Of a stretch of 32,000 nt of DNA, positions 17,966 through 29,578 are shown in pieces. Position 1 is the first letter of the stretch, and each line of letters starts with the position of its first letter. This DNA comes from Candidatus Nitrospira inopinata (GTDB taxonomy: Bacteria > Nitrospirota > Nitrospiria > Nitrospirales > Nitrospiraceae), in NCBI RefSeq assembly GCF_001458695.1, contig NZ_LN885086.1, positions 2,760,001 through 2,792,000 on the forward strand. The letters are read 5' to 3'. The position numbers and the translations under genes were made by a program. The notes under the pieces were generated by a model. The model ran no database searches, was not told the DNA's origin, and saw only the letters and a program-made list of their open reading frames with translations.

Positions 17966-18616
17966 TTACTCCTTGCCTCCGCCCAGATACGACCGTTCCA
18001 CGCCGAAGATGATTTTCAACGACAGGGCCACGGCCCCCAAACTCACCCCGATCAAAATAGCCCGCCGCACCGAGGCGTTGAGGACGTTCAAAATCCATTG
18101 AGAGACATCCCCGCTTGCGGGAAGGACATACTCGCCCAACGGCACCCGTCCCATCATCACGATCACCGCCGCAACGAGCAGCACGGCGGCCTCGCGGCTC
18201 CTGGCGCGGAACGACCGATAGGCCGCGGACGCGATAAAGAACGCCAAAATAGCGAACATGGTCCCTTGCAGCGGCACCATCATGTAGTTGTACACCCACC
18301 CGAATGCCGTCAGGACCCCGTCGAGACTTTCCTTGCCATCTGCCCAAAGCCCGGCCACGATCGTGCCCACCATGCCGGCGTACAACACGAGACTGTAGCC
18401 CCAGCCCGCTTCCCGCCGGCGTATTTTGACGGCATGTTGATGGAAGAGACTGCTCACCCCCAACACCAGCGCAAAGCCGCCGATGATCTGAAGCCACTTG
18501 GTCACCGAGGTGAGCAGTTCTTCCGAGGCTGGATGGGGCACATAGTATTGGCCCGCCATCGTGAACCCGGCGATCAACGTGATCACAAGCGGCAACTGTC
18601 GGCGCAGTAAAATCAT
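17966..18616 (-). CDS. Polytopic membrane protein, unknown function (operon gene 5)
   Basis: 216 aa with 5-6 hydrophobic spans. A 4-nt overlap with the upstream gene suggests translational coupling. Confidence 0.6.
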   Translation of the reverse strand: MILLRRQLPLVITLIAGFTMAGQYYVPHPASEELLTSVTKWLQIIGGFALVLGVSSLFHQHAVKIRRREAGWGYSLVLYAGMVGTIVAGLWADGKESLDGVLTAFGWVYNYMMVPLQGTMFAILAFFIASAAYRSFRARSREAAVLLVAAVIVMMGRVPLGEYVLPASGDVSQWILNVLNASVRRAILIGVSLGAVALSLKIIFGVERSYLGGGKE

Positions 18617-19887
18617 TTCACATCCCTAAAGACGTCCAACAACCAGCGGGGCCACTCGGCCTCCGCCGCGACACCAATCGTCGCCAGCACGGTGCCAATG
18701 ATCAGAACGCCAAGGATCAACGCCTTGCCGACATCCTGGCCGCGCAAGGTGCCGACCTGCACTGGTTCCCGCGAGAGATACGCACTCGCGGCGTAAAGTT
18801 CTTCGCCGATCAGCGTATAGTCACAGGTCGTAACGAAAAACGGGAGCTGGTGATCAGAGTCGGTTCCTGCAATCTGGATCGCGCCGGTACTCGCGCCGGT
18901 TTCGGTCAGCAGCAACGACTCGGCAAAGTACGAGCCCATGAAAAAATTCGCCGCCGGCCTCTTGCGCAACATGATGCCATCCACCGCCGCCGTGTAGCTG
19001 AATTGATCCGAGGTGATGAAAAAATTCGAGTCTTCCTTGTAGAGATCAGGTTTCCCAGCCTCCAGATAGGCCTGCTTCGTAATCTCCTGGCAGACGGCCA
19101 TCGTGATCGGCTCGCGATGGGGCACCATCAATTCCGTCTCGTACGCGGCGGCCCGTTTGGCCACCCGCCCCAGAATCACCGCCGCCGCGATCGTCGAGGG
19201 ATCGCTCATGTCATGGGCGCCGGTCAAATACAGAACCGGCTTGCCCAACTCCGTCGCCCGGCCGATCGCTTCATCGACGGCGTCCAAGCCGGGAATGCGC
19301 CGCAGGAACATCTCCCGCTTCTTGGCCAAGCCGATGGAGACAAACACAATCCCGCCGAACAGGACAGCGAGGAACAGGTTGTTGATCTGATTCCAGTTGA
19401 TCCAATTGGGCTCCGGTACGGCGGAGACGATGGGACTGACCACCCGTTGTTCGCCGGACACCACCGCCAAGGCCACGGCGTACGGAATCCCGTCCTTGAG
19501 TCCGACGGTCTTGCCGTTTTTCATGACATACAGGTGCTGATCATCATTGGCCGGCTTGGTCCACCAGGGCTGCTTGGTCTCTCGCACATAGCGGGTGTTC
19601 GCGGGAAACTCGGCAACGACCGCGAGGCTGGAGGGGTCCACGTTATCCGCTGCCTCTCCCAGCAATACTTGGTACCGAACCTCGCTCGAATCATAAGACG
19701 CGGGCGGCCAGACAACCGTGAGACTGCCTCCTCCATCGCTCGGCGTGTCAAAGACACGCACCATGTCCGGCGGCGTCAACTCCTTGGGATCTGCCGCCCA
19801 TAGCAATCCAGCCGGTCCGATCGCTCCGATCGCCCAGCAGGCCGCGATCCCGATCACCGCCGCCGTGATTCCAAACCGCCGCCTCAC
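18613..19887 (-). CDS. Membrane protein with signal peptide, Fn3-like ectodomain and large cytoplasmic domain (operon gene 4)
   Basis: 424 aa. Signal peptide MRRRFGITAAVIGIAACWAIGAIG. Beta-rich segment SLTVVWPPASYDSSEVRYQVLLGE, a TM at ~170 and a C-terminal TM. I faintly recall this as DUF6754-like, not verified. Confidence 0.55.
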   Translation of the reverse strand: MRRRFGITAAVIGIAACWAIGAIGPAGLLWAADPKELTPPDMVRVFDTPSDGGGSLTVVWPPASYDSSEVRYQVLLGEAADNVDPSSLAVVAEFPANTRYVRETKQPWWTKPANDDQHLYVMKNGKTVGLKDGIPYAVALAVVSGEQRVVSPIVSAVPEPNWINWNQINNLFLAVLFGGIVFVSIGLAKKREMFLRRIPGLDAVDEAIGRATELGKPVLYLTGAHDMSDPSTIAAAVILGRVAKRAAAYETELMVPHREPITMAVCQEITKQAYLEAGKPDLYKEDSNFFITSDQFSYTAAVDGIMLRKRPAANFFMGSYFAESLLLTETGASTGAIQIAGTDSDHQLPFFVTTCDYTLIGEELYAASAYLSREPVQVGTLRGQDVGKALILGVLIIGTVLATIGVAAEAEWPRWLLDVFRDVK

Positions 19888-19891
19888 GCTG

Positions 19892-21022
19892 CTAGGCCCC
19901 CTCGATCACTTCGATGTTGGCCCTGGGAACGACCACGGTCGATCCATCGTCGAACCGCACTTCGAGCACACGGACTTCGCTTTCGGTCGGAATCTTCCGC
20001 AATTCGGACGGGAGCGCCGACACCCGGCCGATTTTTCCGAACAACGGATCGCGAATGATCCGAACCAGGTCTCCCGGTTGAATCCCCTCCCGCGTCACCT
20101 GCACCGAGCGGCGCCCTGCCTGCTGACCTTCCTTGAGTGGAATGATGATCTCCGGCCGGATCACTCCCGCGCGAATCTGAGTGGCGCCGGAAATCGAGGC
20201 CATTGCGCCTGCATGGGACGACAGCACCGCAAAGGTCTTGGCAGCCATGGGAATCGCGCCGAACCCTTCCGTCAGAATCAACGTGAACCCCACCTGCTCC
20301 GACCCCGTGATCGCCACCCCCAGGTCATAGCCCAAGAGTGCGCGCAAATCTTGATCGTGAATGCCACCAACCACCAGCCCGGCGACGCCGACCTCCTTGG
20401 CCTTGGCCATGGTTTCAGCAGACAAGAACGAGCCACCCACTACGACCTTGCCTTTCATCTCGACCATCAGTCGATCCGGCGTCAGGGGGCAGTCTGGAGC
20501 CTCGACGGCCATCACGATTTGCCCGTAAGCCTCTCCTCCGATCCCAAAGATCCCCTGAACGAGGCTACAGGCACATTCAATGGTCACTCCCTGTTGGGAA
20601 CGCACCTCCACCACCAGGCCATCCACATAGGCCAACAGATCCAGCACGCGCGGCGGCTCACGCAGGAGGACCTGCCCCGTGACGGTGGAAATTGATTCAA
20701 CCGTGCCGGTAACCGGCGAGCGGATTTCCGTCTTGAGCCACTTGAAAAACGGTTTATTCTCCGCCAGCACCTCATCCTTGTGAACCGTTTCACCTTCCCG
20801 CTTGACCAGATAGTCTTTGATCTCGTTGGGAGCCGCCCCCAACTGATTGGCCAAATTCAACGGGTACACCTTGCCCGGCAACTCGGCGCGGGCGACCGAT
20901 TGTGTCGCCAGAACGAGATCGCCTTCTTTCACCAACACCGTTCCTTGAAGCGGCAACTGCCGCACCCGCCGCACGACCGTTTGGTCGGTGACCGTCAAGC
21001 CCGGTGTGTAGGAATGAGCCAT
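19892..21022 (-). CDS. Soluble unknown with barrel-sandwich-hybrid-like N-terminus and KOW/SH3-like C-terminus (operon gene 3)
   Basis: 376 aa. Lipoyl/hybrid-like strands (VKEGDLVLATQSVA, IRSPVTGTV). C-terminal GDLVRIIRDPLFGKIGRV...VLEVRFDDGSTVVV. Confidence 0.55.
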   Translation of the reverse strand: MAHSYTPGLTVTDQTVVRRVRQLPLQGTVLVKEGDLVLATQSVARAELPGKVYPLNLANQLGAAPNEIKDYLVKREGETVHKDEVLAENKPFFKWLKTEIRSPVTGTVESISTVTGQVLLREPPRVLDLLAYVDGLVVEVRSQQGVTIECACSLVQGIFGIGGEAYGQIVMAVEAPDCPLTPDRLMVEMKGKVVVGGSFLSAETMAKAKEVGVAGLVVGGIHDQDLRALLGYDLGVAITGSEQVGFTLILTEGFGAIPMAAKTFAVLSSHAGAMASISGATQIRAGVIRPEIIIPLKEGQQAGRRSVQVTREGIQPGDLVRIIRDPLFGKIGRVSALPSELRKIPTESEVRVLEVRFDDGSTVVVPRANIEVIEGA

Positions 21023-21035
21023 CGCGAGTTGTCGG

Positions 21036-22901
21036 TTATCGGTTGTCGATTCTCAGTGAAGAAGCCGCGTCTTCAAAAGAGGGGTACAGCCCCACGGCCT
21101 GGTACCAGGTGGTCAACAAGGAAATACGAGCCTGCTGATCGGCCGGCAATTGCAACGGTCGCCCTCTTCCATCGAGCAACAGCCCCACGACGCCGCCGTG
21201 AACCGTCTTCGTGACGGGCGTTCCGGAACCGGCGCCGAGATTCACTCCCTTGACCGGTCGCACAATCACGGTCGCCTGCTCTCCCACCCCAAGCGGATAG
21301 AGCCGCAAATCGCCGAACTTGAGGTGGTCGGTGACGACTCTGCCGTCGGGAAAGGTGATCTCATAGTCGGCGCACCGATCCCCCACTTTTCCTTGCCCGA
21401 TCGGCGCCACGCAGGTTCCCAGATAGACCATACAGTCGCGAACGAACACGTCCGTCGCGGCTTTTTCATCAATCGTCGAGAGGACACCCAGGTGCGGCAT
21501 CATGAAGATACTGTCCACCGACAACCTCGTAACCCCCAACGGCTCGTAGGCATCGACCATCATCATCATGGCCTGAACCCGGCGTGGCGCATGGGACAGA
21601 ATCCCGCCGCTGCCCACGATGAGATCCAGCTTCAACATGTCGATCAAGGTCTTGCCGGAAGTCTGTTGTTCAAAGACATCCGAAATCGTCCGTTCCTGTT
21701 GAACACCTTTTAAGGCGGTCGCGAGGGACTTGTGATGGATCAACGCGAGCCGCAACGCTTCGCGGGCGATCGCCTGCTCGATCTGCAACTCATCCAACGT
21801 TTGCGGGATCGTCGTCGGGCGGATCATCTTGTTTTTGATCCGATTGCGCAACGTCTGCTCGTCGATCGTAAACGGCACCCACCGCATGATGTTGGCCAGG
21901 CCCGCCTCGGCCAGCACGTTGGACACACTGTACGACATCCCCAAATTGGCGCTCACGGTCCGGTTGAACGTGCCGTCGAACACTGAAAAGACGTCCGTCG
22001 TGGCCCCGCCGATATCGACACCGATCAAGTTGATGTGCTCCCGCTTGGCGATCGTTTCCATGATCAGCCCGACCGCGGCCGGCGTCGGCATGATCGGCGC
22101 GCCGGTCATCTCCATGAGCTTTTTATAGCCCGGAGCCTGTTGCATCACATGTTCAAGGAACAGGTCATGGATCTTGTGGCGCGCCGGCCCCAGATTTTCC
22201 CGCTCCAAGACGGGACGGATGTTCTCGGTCATCACCAGCGCCGTCTTCTCACCGAGGATCGTTTTCACCTGCCCCTGCGCGGCTTTGTTACCGGCATAGA
22301 TCAGCGGCAATTTGTAGGTCGCGCCGAACCGCGGTTTCGGCTCCGCCGCCGCGATATATTCAGCCATCTCCACCACGTGGGTCACCGCGCCGCCATCCGT
22401 TCCTCCCGACATCAAAATCATGTCGGGCCTCATGGTTCTGATCCGTTCGATCTTTTCGTGCGGCAGTCGCCCGTCGTTGGAGGCCAACACATCGATCACG
22501 ATCGCCCCCGCTCCCAAGGCGGCCCGCTGGGCGCTCTCGCCGGTCATGTTCTGCACCACGCCGGTCACCATCATCTGCAAGCCGCCGCCCGCGCTGCTCG
22601 TCGAGATATAGAGATCCACGCCGGTCTTGTCGTCCTTGCAAGGAGTCAGGATCCGGTCACCGTCCAGAATCTTGCGGCCGGAGAGCTCTTCAATCTCGGC
22701 GATCGCGTTCAGCACGCCTCTCGTCACGTCCTCAAACGGCGCCTCGACCGTCGTCGGCGCTTCTCCGCGATAGGTTTGCCGATATTCGTCGCCGATCTTT
22801 TCGATCAAAATCGCCTTGGTCGTCGTGCTGCCACAGTCGGTCGCCACGACCACCCGGAGCGGGCGAGGAATTGGTGGATCGTTCGAGACAGGACCCGTCA
22901 T
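21036..22901 (-). CDS. GlmL/MutL-type (glutamate mutase L / EutA-DdrA-like) ASKHA-fold ATPase, long form
   Basis: 621 aa. Phosphate-1 motif VVATDCGSTTTKAIL and a second nucleotide motif GVDIGGATTDVFSV. Also SSAGGGL and MSGGTDGG blocks as in GlmL. Confidence 0.65.
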   Translation of the reverse strand: MTGPVSNDPPIPRPLRVVVATDCGSTTTKAILIEKIGDEYRQTYRGEAPTTVEAPFEDVTRGVLNAIAEIEELSGRKILDGDRILTPCKDDKTGVDLYISTSSAGGGLQMMVTGVVQNMTGESAQRAALGAGAIVIDVLASNDGRLPHEKIERIRTMRPDMILMSGGTDGGAVTHVVEMAEYIAAAEPKPRFGATYKLPLIYAGNKAAQGQVKTILGEKTALVMTENIRPVLERENLGPARHKIHDLFLEHVMQQAPGYKKLMEMTGAPIMPTPAAVGLIMETIAKREHINLIGVDIGGATTDVFSVFDGTFNRTVSANLGMSYSVSNVLAEAGLANIMRWVPFTIDEQTLRNRIKNKMIRPTTIPQTLDELQIEQAIAREALRLALIHHKSLATALKGVQQERTISDVFEQQTSGKTLIDMLKLDLIVGSGGILSHAPRRVQAMMMMVDAYEPLGVTRLSVDSIFMMPHLGVLSTIDEKAATDVFVRDCMVYLGTCVAPIGQGKVGDRCADYEITFPDGRVVTDHLKFGDLRLYPLGVGEQATVIVRPVKGVNLGAGSGTPVTKTVHGGVVGLLLDGRGRPLQLPADQQARISLLTTWYQAVGLYPSFEDAASSLRIDNR

Positions 22902-23317
22902 TGAGCCGACGTTCCTTTAGGAGCGTGAGCCGGAGCATGGGCTGAAAGAGAAGGAGACGACGTGGAAGTCATGGACTTGGCCTCGATCAACGCGACCAGA
23001 CGATCGACCGTGTCGCGCCGTTCGAGCAACCGGGCCGCCTGGTCCAATGTCTTGGCATCCAGAACCACTTCGAGAAGAGGAGCCAAGACCTGCAGCGCCT
23101 GGCCGCCTACAAAGTTCATCGGCGCGAGCGATTCCAGGAACACCGTCGCCGGGGCCGCCATCCCCCTTTGCACAACAGCCTCGGCGATGCGATCCAGCAA
23201 GGCCTGATCTTCCGAAGACAAGGCCATACTCTCGGGTTGAGTCGTAAAGGCATGGCGGAACCCCGCTTGAACCCTGCCCCATGTCTGAGCCCACGATGGT
23301 TTGAGAATGGAAGACAT
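22898..23317 (-). CDS. Small helical protein, unknown function (operon gene 1)
   Basis: The ORF is open to a TTG at 23383. The near-consensus promoter overlaps that region, so the ATG at 23317 (MSSILKPSW) is the first start downstream of the predicted TSS. It overlaps the next gene by 4 nt. Confidence 0.5.
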   Translation of the reverse strand: MSSILKPSWAQTWGRVQAGFRHAFTTQPESMALSSEDQALLDRIAEAVVQRGMAAPATVFLESLAPMNFVGGQALQVLAPLLEVVLDAKTLDQAARLLERRDTVDRLVALIEAKSMTSTSSPSLSAHAPAHAPKGTSAQ

Positions 23318-23354
23318 GCGTCTCTGGAAAGGCCTGTCAACTTGTCGCTGCGGC

Positions 23355-23383
23355 ATTATAGAAACGGGTCTGGAGAGAGTCAA
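23355..23383 (-). promoter_or_regulatory. Near-consensus sigma70 promoter of the GlmL-like operon
   Basis: The minus strand reads TTGACT (23383-23378), a 17-nt spacer, then TATAAT (23360-23355). Confidence 0.55.
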
Positions 23384-23618
23384 TTCAATGGCTCTTCAAT
23401 GACTCTCCCTGGCACCGCCGTAGCTCGATTGGCCGGTCATCCTGCTCGGTTGATGATCGGCCCAAGCCCGACGGGGCGACACAAGACCAACGCCGTTGAC
23501 AACGCACCGCCTTTGCTCAACAATCCCGCCGTCGTCGAGGATGGTCGAGAGCAAGACGGCAACCCCGACCCGCACAGACTCTCTCTCTTGTTGCGTACTG
23601 ATTGTGGAGCGTCGCGAC

Positions 23619-25281
<1,663 letters not shown>

Positions 25282-25307
<26 letters not shown>

Positions 25308-25563
25308 CCGTCACGCGCTCGAACGCATGTTTGAGCGACGGATCTCGGAGCCCGAGGTGGAGGAAGCGGTGCGTAACGGTGAGGTCATCGAGGAATATTC
25401 TGAGGACACGCCATACCCCAGTCAGCTTTTACTAGGGTGGTTCGGGGGCCGACCGCTGCACGTCGTGGCGGCGTACGATCCCGGAAGCGGAACGTGTGTG
25501 GTGATAACGGCGTATGTTCCGGATGCAACGCAATGGAACGAGGACTTCAAGACAAGGAGATGA
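25282..25563 (+). CDS. DUF4258-family putative toxin
   Basis: 93 aa: [23 protein letters not shown]...[11 protein letters not shown]...VITAYVPD..W. Its ATG sits in the GGGTATGG box that normally provides the hsdS start. Confidence 0.7.
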
Positions 25564-25565
25564 GC

Positions 25566-25790
25566 ATGAAATGCGTGATGTGCAAGCACGGGGAGACAGA
25601 GCCTGGCAAGGTGCCGGTGACTCTACACCGAGGCGACAGCGTGATCATCATCAAGGAGGTTCCGGCCGAAGTATGCCGGCAATGCGGCGAGTACTATGTG
25701 GACGACGCCACAACTGCTCGACTCCTCGCCATGGCTGAGGAAGCTGTAAAGCATCGCGCTGAGGTGGAAATCCTTCGCTACGCAGCGTGA
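25566..25790 (+). CDS. YgiT/MqsA-type zinc-ribbon putative antitoxin
   Basis: MKCVMCKHGE...VPAEVCRQCGEYYV (CxxC...CxxC). AAGGAG lies 6 nt upstream. It overlaps or abuts the toxin stop. Confidence 0.7.
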   Translation: MKCVMCKHGETEPGKVPVTLHRGDSVIIIKEVPAEVCRQCGEYYVDDATTARLLAMAEEAVKHRAEVEILRYAA

Positions 25791-25805
25791 CAGTGGACCG
25801 TGCGG

Positions 25806-25902
25806 CGAAAAAATGAAATGCTGGCCACGACGTTACGCGAGCAACAGGCCGAGGCGGCGAAGCTTGATGCGGCCATCGCCAAGAACCTGGAGGAGCTTGG
25901 GT

Positions 25903-25913
<11 letters not shown>
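25806..25913 (+). pseudogene. Relic second copy of the hsdM 3' end
   Basis: The frame reads ...[32 protein letters not shown]. The true HsdM tail reads [31 protein letters not shown]. Its TGA (25911-25913) overlaps the hsdS ATG (25903). Confidence 0.8.
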
Positions 25914-27146
<1,233 letters not shown>

Positions 27147-27150
<4 letters not shown>

Positions 27151-27773
27151 TTCGCCCAACATCCATGAACTACGACCCCGAAAAGCATCATCGCCGCAGC
27201 ATCCGCCTGAAGGAATACGATTATTCCCAGCCGGGGGCATATTTCATCACCATCTGCACACAGGATCGGGCGTGCCTGTTCGGCGAGGTGGTGGATGGGG
27301 AAATGCGGGTAAATGATGCAGGGCGCATGATCCAATCGGTGTGGGACGAAATGTCGGCGTTCTATTCCGGCATTGATGCCGACGAATTCGTTGTCATGCC
27401 CAATCACATCCACGGGATCATTGTCCTTGTAGGGGCGACCCCCTGTGGTCGCCCCGAATCGGGGCAGGCACAGGGGCAGGCACGGGGGCCTGCCCCTACC
27501 CTCTCGGTACCGGCTGCGGTTCACCGGTTCAAAACCCTCACCACGAAACGATATACCGATGGGATAAAACAATCCGGATGGCCGCCGTTTCGCGGTCGGT
27601 TGTGGCAACGCAACTATTACGAACACATCATCCGCAATGACGAATCCCTGAACCGCATACGCGAATACATCACAAACAACCCGTCGCAATGGTCGTTGGA
27701 CCGCGAGAACCCGAATTTCGTAGGGGCACGGCATGCCGTGCCCCTACCAAAAGATGAACCATGGCGCGCCTGA
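27147..27773 (+). CDS. REP-associated tyrosine transposase (RAYT, IS200/Y1 HUH family)
   Basis: Contains [25 protein letters not shown], the HUH motif PNHIHGII, and the Tyr region [27 protein letters not shown]. An alternative start lies at 27165 (MNYDPEKHH). The 3' end reads through a REP hairpin. Confidence 0.85.
27429..27499 (+). repeat. Inverted pair of GTAG-headed REP-like hairpins inside the RAYT ORF
   Basis: First hairpin: GTAG then GGGGCGACC-CCCTGT-GGTCGCCCC (27429-27455). Second, opposite orientation: AGGGGCAGGC-ACGGGG-GCCTGCCCCT then AC (27472-27499). Together they encode [24 protein letters not shown]. Confidence 0.75.
27719..27746. repeat. Perfect 28-bp GTAG-headed palindrome (REP-like) at the RAYT 3' end
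   Basis: GTAGGGGCACGGCATGCCGTGCCCCTAC. Confidence 0.8.
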
Positions 27774-27885
27774 CCGAATCCGACGTTGAATCCGCCGCCC
27801 TCGCCTGGCTGGAGGCCATAGGGTGGTCCGCCGCCCACGGGCCGGACATCGCGCCGGATATGCCCGCGGCCGAGCGGGCCGATCA
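27761..27885 (+). pseudogene. Relic hsdR 5' end, copy 1
   Basis: [42 protein letters not shown] matches the HsdR N-terminus at 30551. Similarity is lost after about 27885. Confidence 0.75.
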
Positions 27886-27991
27886 CGAAGACAGGCGGGA
27901 CGCACCGAGCGGTCGACGTGAACTTGCGAGCAGCCGCGCTGCAAACTCGCGTTCGGCCAAGACCACGAGGAGCATTCAGCCGGCGTGTGGC

Positions 27992-28083
27992 TTGCAGCCA
28001 GCCGATGGACAACCTTGCAATCCGCCGATCCATAAGGTTGCACTTAGCCGACAGCAAACCTTACAATCAGCCGATGCCAGACC
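27992..28083 (+). repeat. Four 23-bp-phased iteron-like repeats (TTGCA-N4-GCCGA)
   Basis: Units start at 27992, 28015, 28038 and 28061: TTGCAGCCAGCCGAT, TTGCAATCCGCCGAT, TTGCACTTAGCCGAC, TTACAATCAGCCGAT. Units 3 and 4 also supply TTGCAC, an 18-nt spacer and TACAAT, 6 nt before the ATG at 28074. Confidence 0.7.
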
Positions 28084-29321
28084 CGGGTTTCTATCCGCGC
28101 TTCGTCGCGGATCGGCTGGCTGAGGCGCTTGAAGACGCTCCGGCCGTGCTGATCCACAGCCCCCGCCAGAGCGGCAAGACGACGCTCGCCCAGCGAACCG
28201 GCCTGCGGGCTGGCTACACGTACTTGAGCTTCGATGACGACGCCATCCGCAGCGCCGCGACGACGGATCCGATCGGCTTCGTCGCGAATTTGCCGGCGCG
28301 GGTGATCCTGGACGAGGTGCAGCATGTGCCGCACCTGTTCACCGCGCTCAAGACGACGATCGATCGCGACCGGCGGCCGGGCCGTTTCCTGTTGACCGGC
28401 TCGACCAACGTGCTTCTCCTGCCAAAGCTCGGCGATTCGCTGGCCGGTCGCATGGCGATCGTGCACCTGCACCCGCTGGCGCAGTGCGAACTCGCCGGTC
28501 AACGCCCATCCTTTCTCGACCGGCTTTTCGGCCGGGGCTTCACGATGCGCCCGTTCGAGCGTCTCGGTGCAGCACTTGTTGAACGCATCGTTGCCGGCGG
28601 CTACCCGGCTGCGCTCAAGCTTCCGTCGGGCCGGCGGCGGGGGCGATGGTACGAGGCGTACGTCGAAACGATCGTGCAGCGTGACGTGCGCGAGCTCGCA
28701 CGAATCGCCTCGCTCGACGTGGTTCCTCGGCTGCTTGCCGCAGCCGCCGCGCAGACAGCTCGGCTGCTGAACGTCTCCGACCTGGCTGCGCCGTACCAGC
28801 TCAGTCGGCCGACGATCCGCGATTACGTGACACTGCTCGAGCGCATCTTCCTGCTGGAGGAATTGCCTCCCTGGTACGTCAACCGCTTGAGGCGGCTGGT
28901 CAAGACACCCAAGCTGCACGTAGGTGATACCGGTATCGCGTGCGCGCTCCTCGGCGCAGACGCCAGAAGCTTGACGGCCGATCGCGCCCTGTTGGGCCAG
29001 ATGCTTGAGACTTTCGTGTTCCAGGAACTCAAGCGGCAGGCGAGCTGGTACGAGCATCCCCTCGCGTTTCATCACTTTCGTGACCGCGACGGGTACGAGG
29101 TGGACATCGTTGTCGAGCGCGGGGCGCGCGCCGTCGCGGGGATCGAGGTCAAGGCTGCGGCGACGGTGACAGCGGCCGACTTTCGCGGACTGCGCAAGCT
29201 CCGGGACGCTGCCGGCCAGCGCTTCGCGTGCGGCGTCGTGCTCTACGACGGCACCGTGAGCGTATCGTTCGGGAACTCGTTGTTCGCCGTTCCGATCCGC
29301 GCGTTGTGGGAGGCGTCATGA
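28074..29321 (+). CDS. AAA+ ATPase (AAA_14) with DUF4143 wHTH and a PD-(D/E)xK-like C-terminus
   Basis: Walker [10 protein letters not shown] and Walker [10 protein letters not shown]. wHTH-like [26 protein letters not shown]-terminal [12 protein letters not shown]...GIEVKA. The ORF is open from 27918, but homolog-like sequence begins at M 28074. Confidence 0.8.
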   Translation: MPDPGFYPRFVADRLAEALEDAPAVLIHSPRQSGKTTLAQRTGLRAGYTYLSFDDDAIRSAATTDPIGFVANLPARVILDEVQHVPHLFTALKTTIDRDRRPGRFLLTGSTNVLLLPKLGDSLAGRMAIVHLHPLAQCELAGQRPSFLDRLFGRGFTMRPFERLGAALVERIVAGGYPAALKLPSGRRRGRWYEAYVETIVQRDVRELARIASLDVVPRLLAAAAAQTARLLNVSDLAAPYQLSRPTIRDYVTLLERIFLLEELPPWYVNRLRRLVKTPKLHVGDTGIACALLGADARSLTADRALLGQMLETFVFQELKRQASWYEHPLAFHHFRDRDGYEVDIVVERGARAVAGIEVKAAATVTAADFRGLRKLRDAAGQRFACGVVLYDGTVSVSFGNSLFAVPIRALWEAS

Positions 29322-29578
29322 CCAGGCCCTTCATGGAGTCGGACGTCGAGCAGGCCGCCCTGGCCTGGCTGAAAACCAGCGGGTGGCCCGTCGCGCACGG
29401 GCCGGACATATCGCCTTCCGGCAATACCCTCACCCTAGCCCTCTCCCAGCGGGAGAGGGAACATTACGGCGAGGTGGTGCTGGCGCAGCGGCTGCGCGAC
29501 GCGCTGCCGCCCACGCTTGTCTCTGGTAAACTGCGAGCGACGGAGGCCATAAACGTTCCGGAGGCACAGCGGTTGTGA
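29318..29578 (+). pseudogene. Chimeric relic: hsdR 5' end (copy 2) fused to an hsdS-type C-terminal tail
   Basis: [35 protein letters not shown]...[16 protein letters not shown] is HsdR-like. It then reads [14 protein letters not shown], compared with the HsdS tail LPKLISGELRVKDA. ATGA overlap with the ATPase stop and GTGA overlap with the next gene. Confidence 0.7.
29396..29505 (+). repeat. Direct repeat A (~110 nt), partner at 30626-30735
   Basis: Hand alignment at an offset of 1230 nt gives 5 mismatches in about 110 nt. Includes the CCCTCTCCC-AGC-GGGAGAGGG hairpin at 29439-29459. Confidence 0.85.

Noticed and set aside
18850-22904. Long plus-strand ORFs (18850-19803, 19718-20695, 20780-21214, 21150-21713, 22035-22904) opposite the GlmL-like operon
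   Set aside because: All are antisense shadows with Arg/His/Gly/Pro-rich translations. The minus-strand genes have coherent domain, TM and SD features plus coupling overlaps.
23410-23424. Sigma54-like TGGCAC-N5-TAGC upstream of hsdM
   Set aside because: There is one mismatch in the -12 element (TAGC instead of TTGC), it lies ~195 nt from the hsdM ATG, and no enhancer-binding context is visible. It is probably chance in GC-rich DNA.
27992-28083. 23-bp repeats as a mini CRISPR array
   Set aside because: The units are contiguous with no unique spacers, are only partly conserved, and no cas genes or leader are present.
28044-29075. 343-aa minus-strand ORF antisense to the ATPase gene
   Set aside because: This is a GC-rich shadow ORF with an Arg/Ala/Gly/Pro-biased, motif-free translation. 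The plus strand carries clear Walker A/B, wHTH and nuclease-like motifs.
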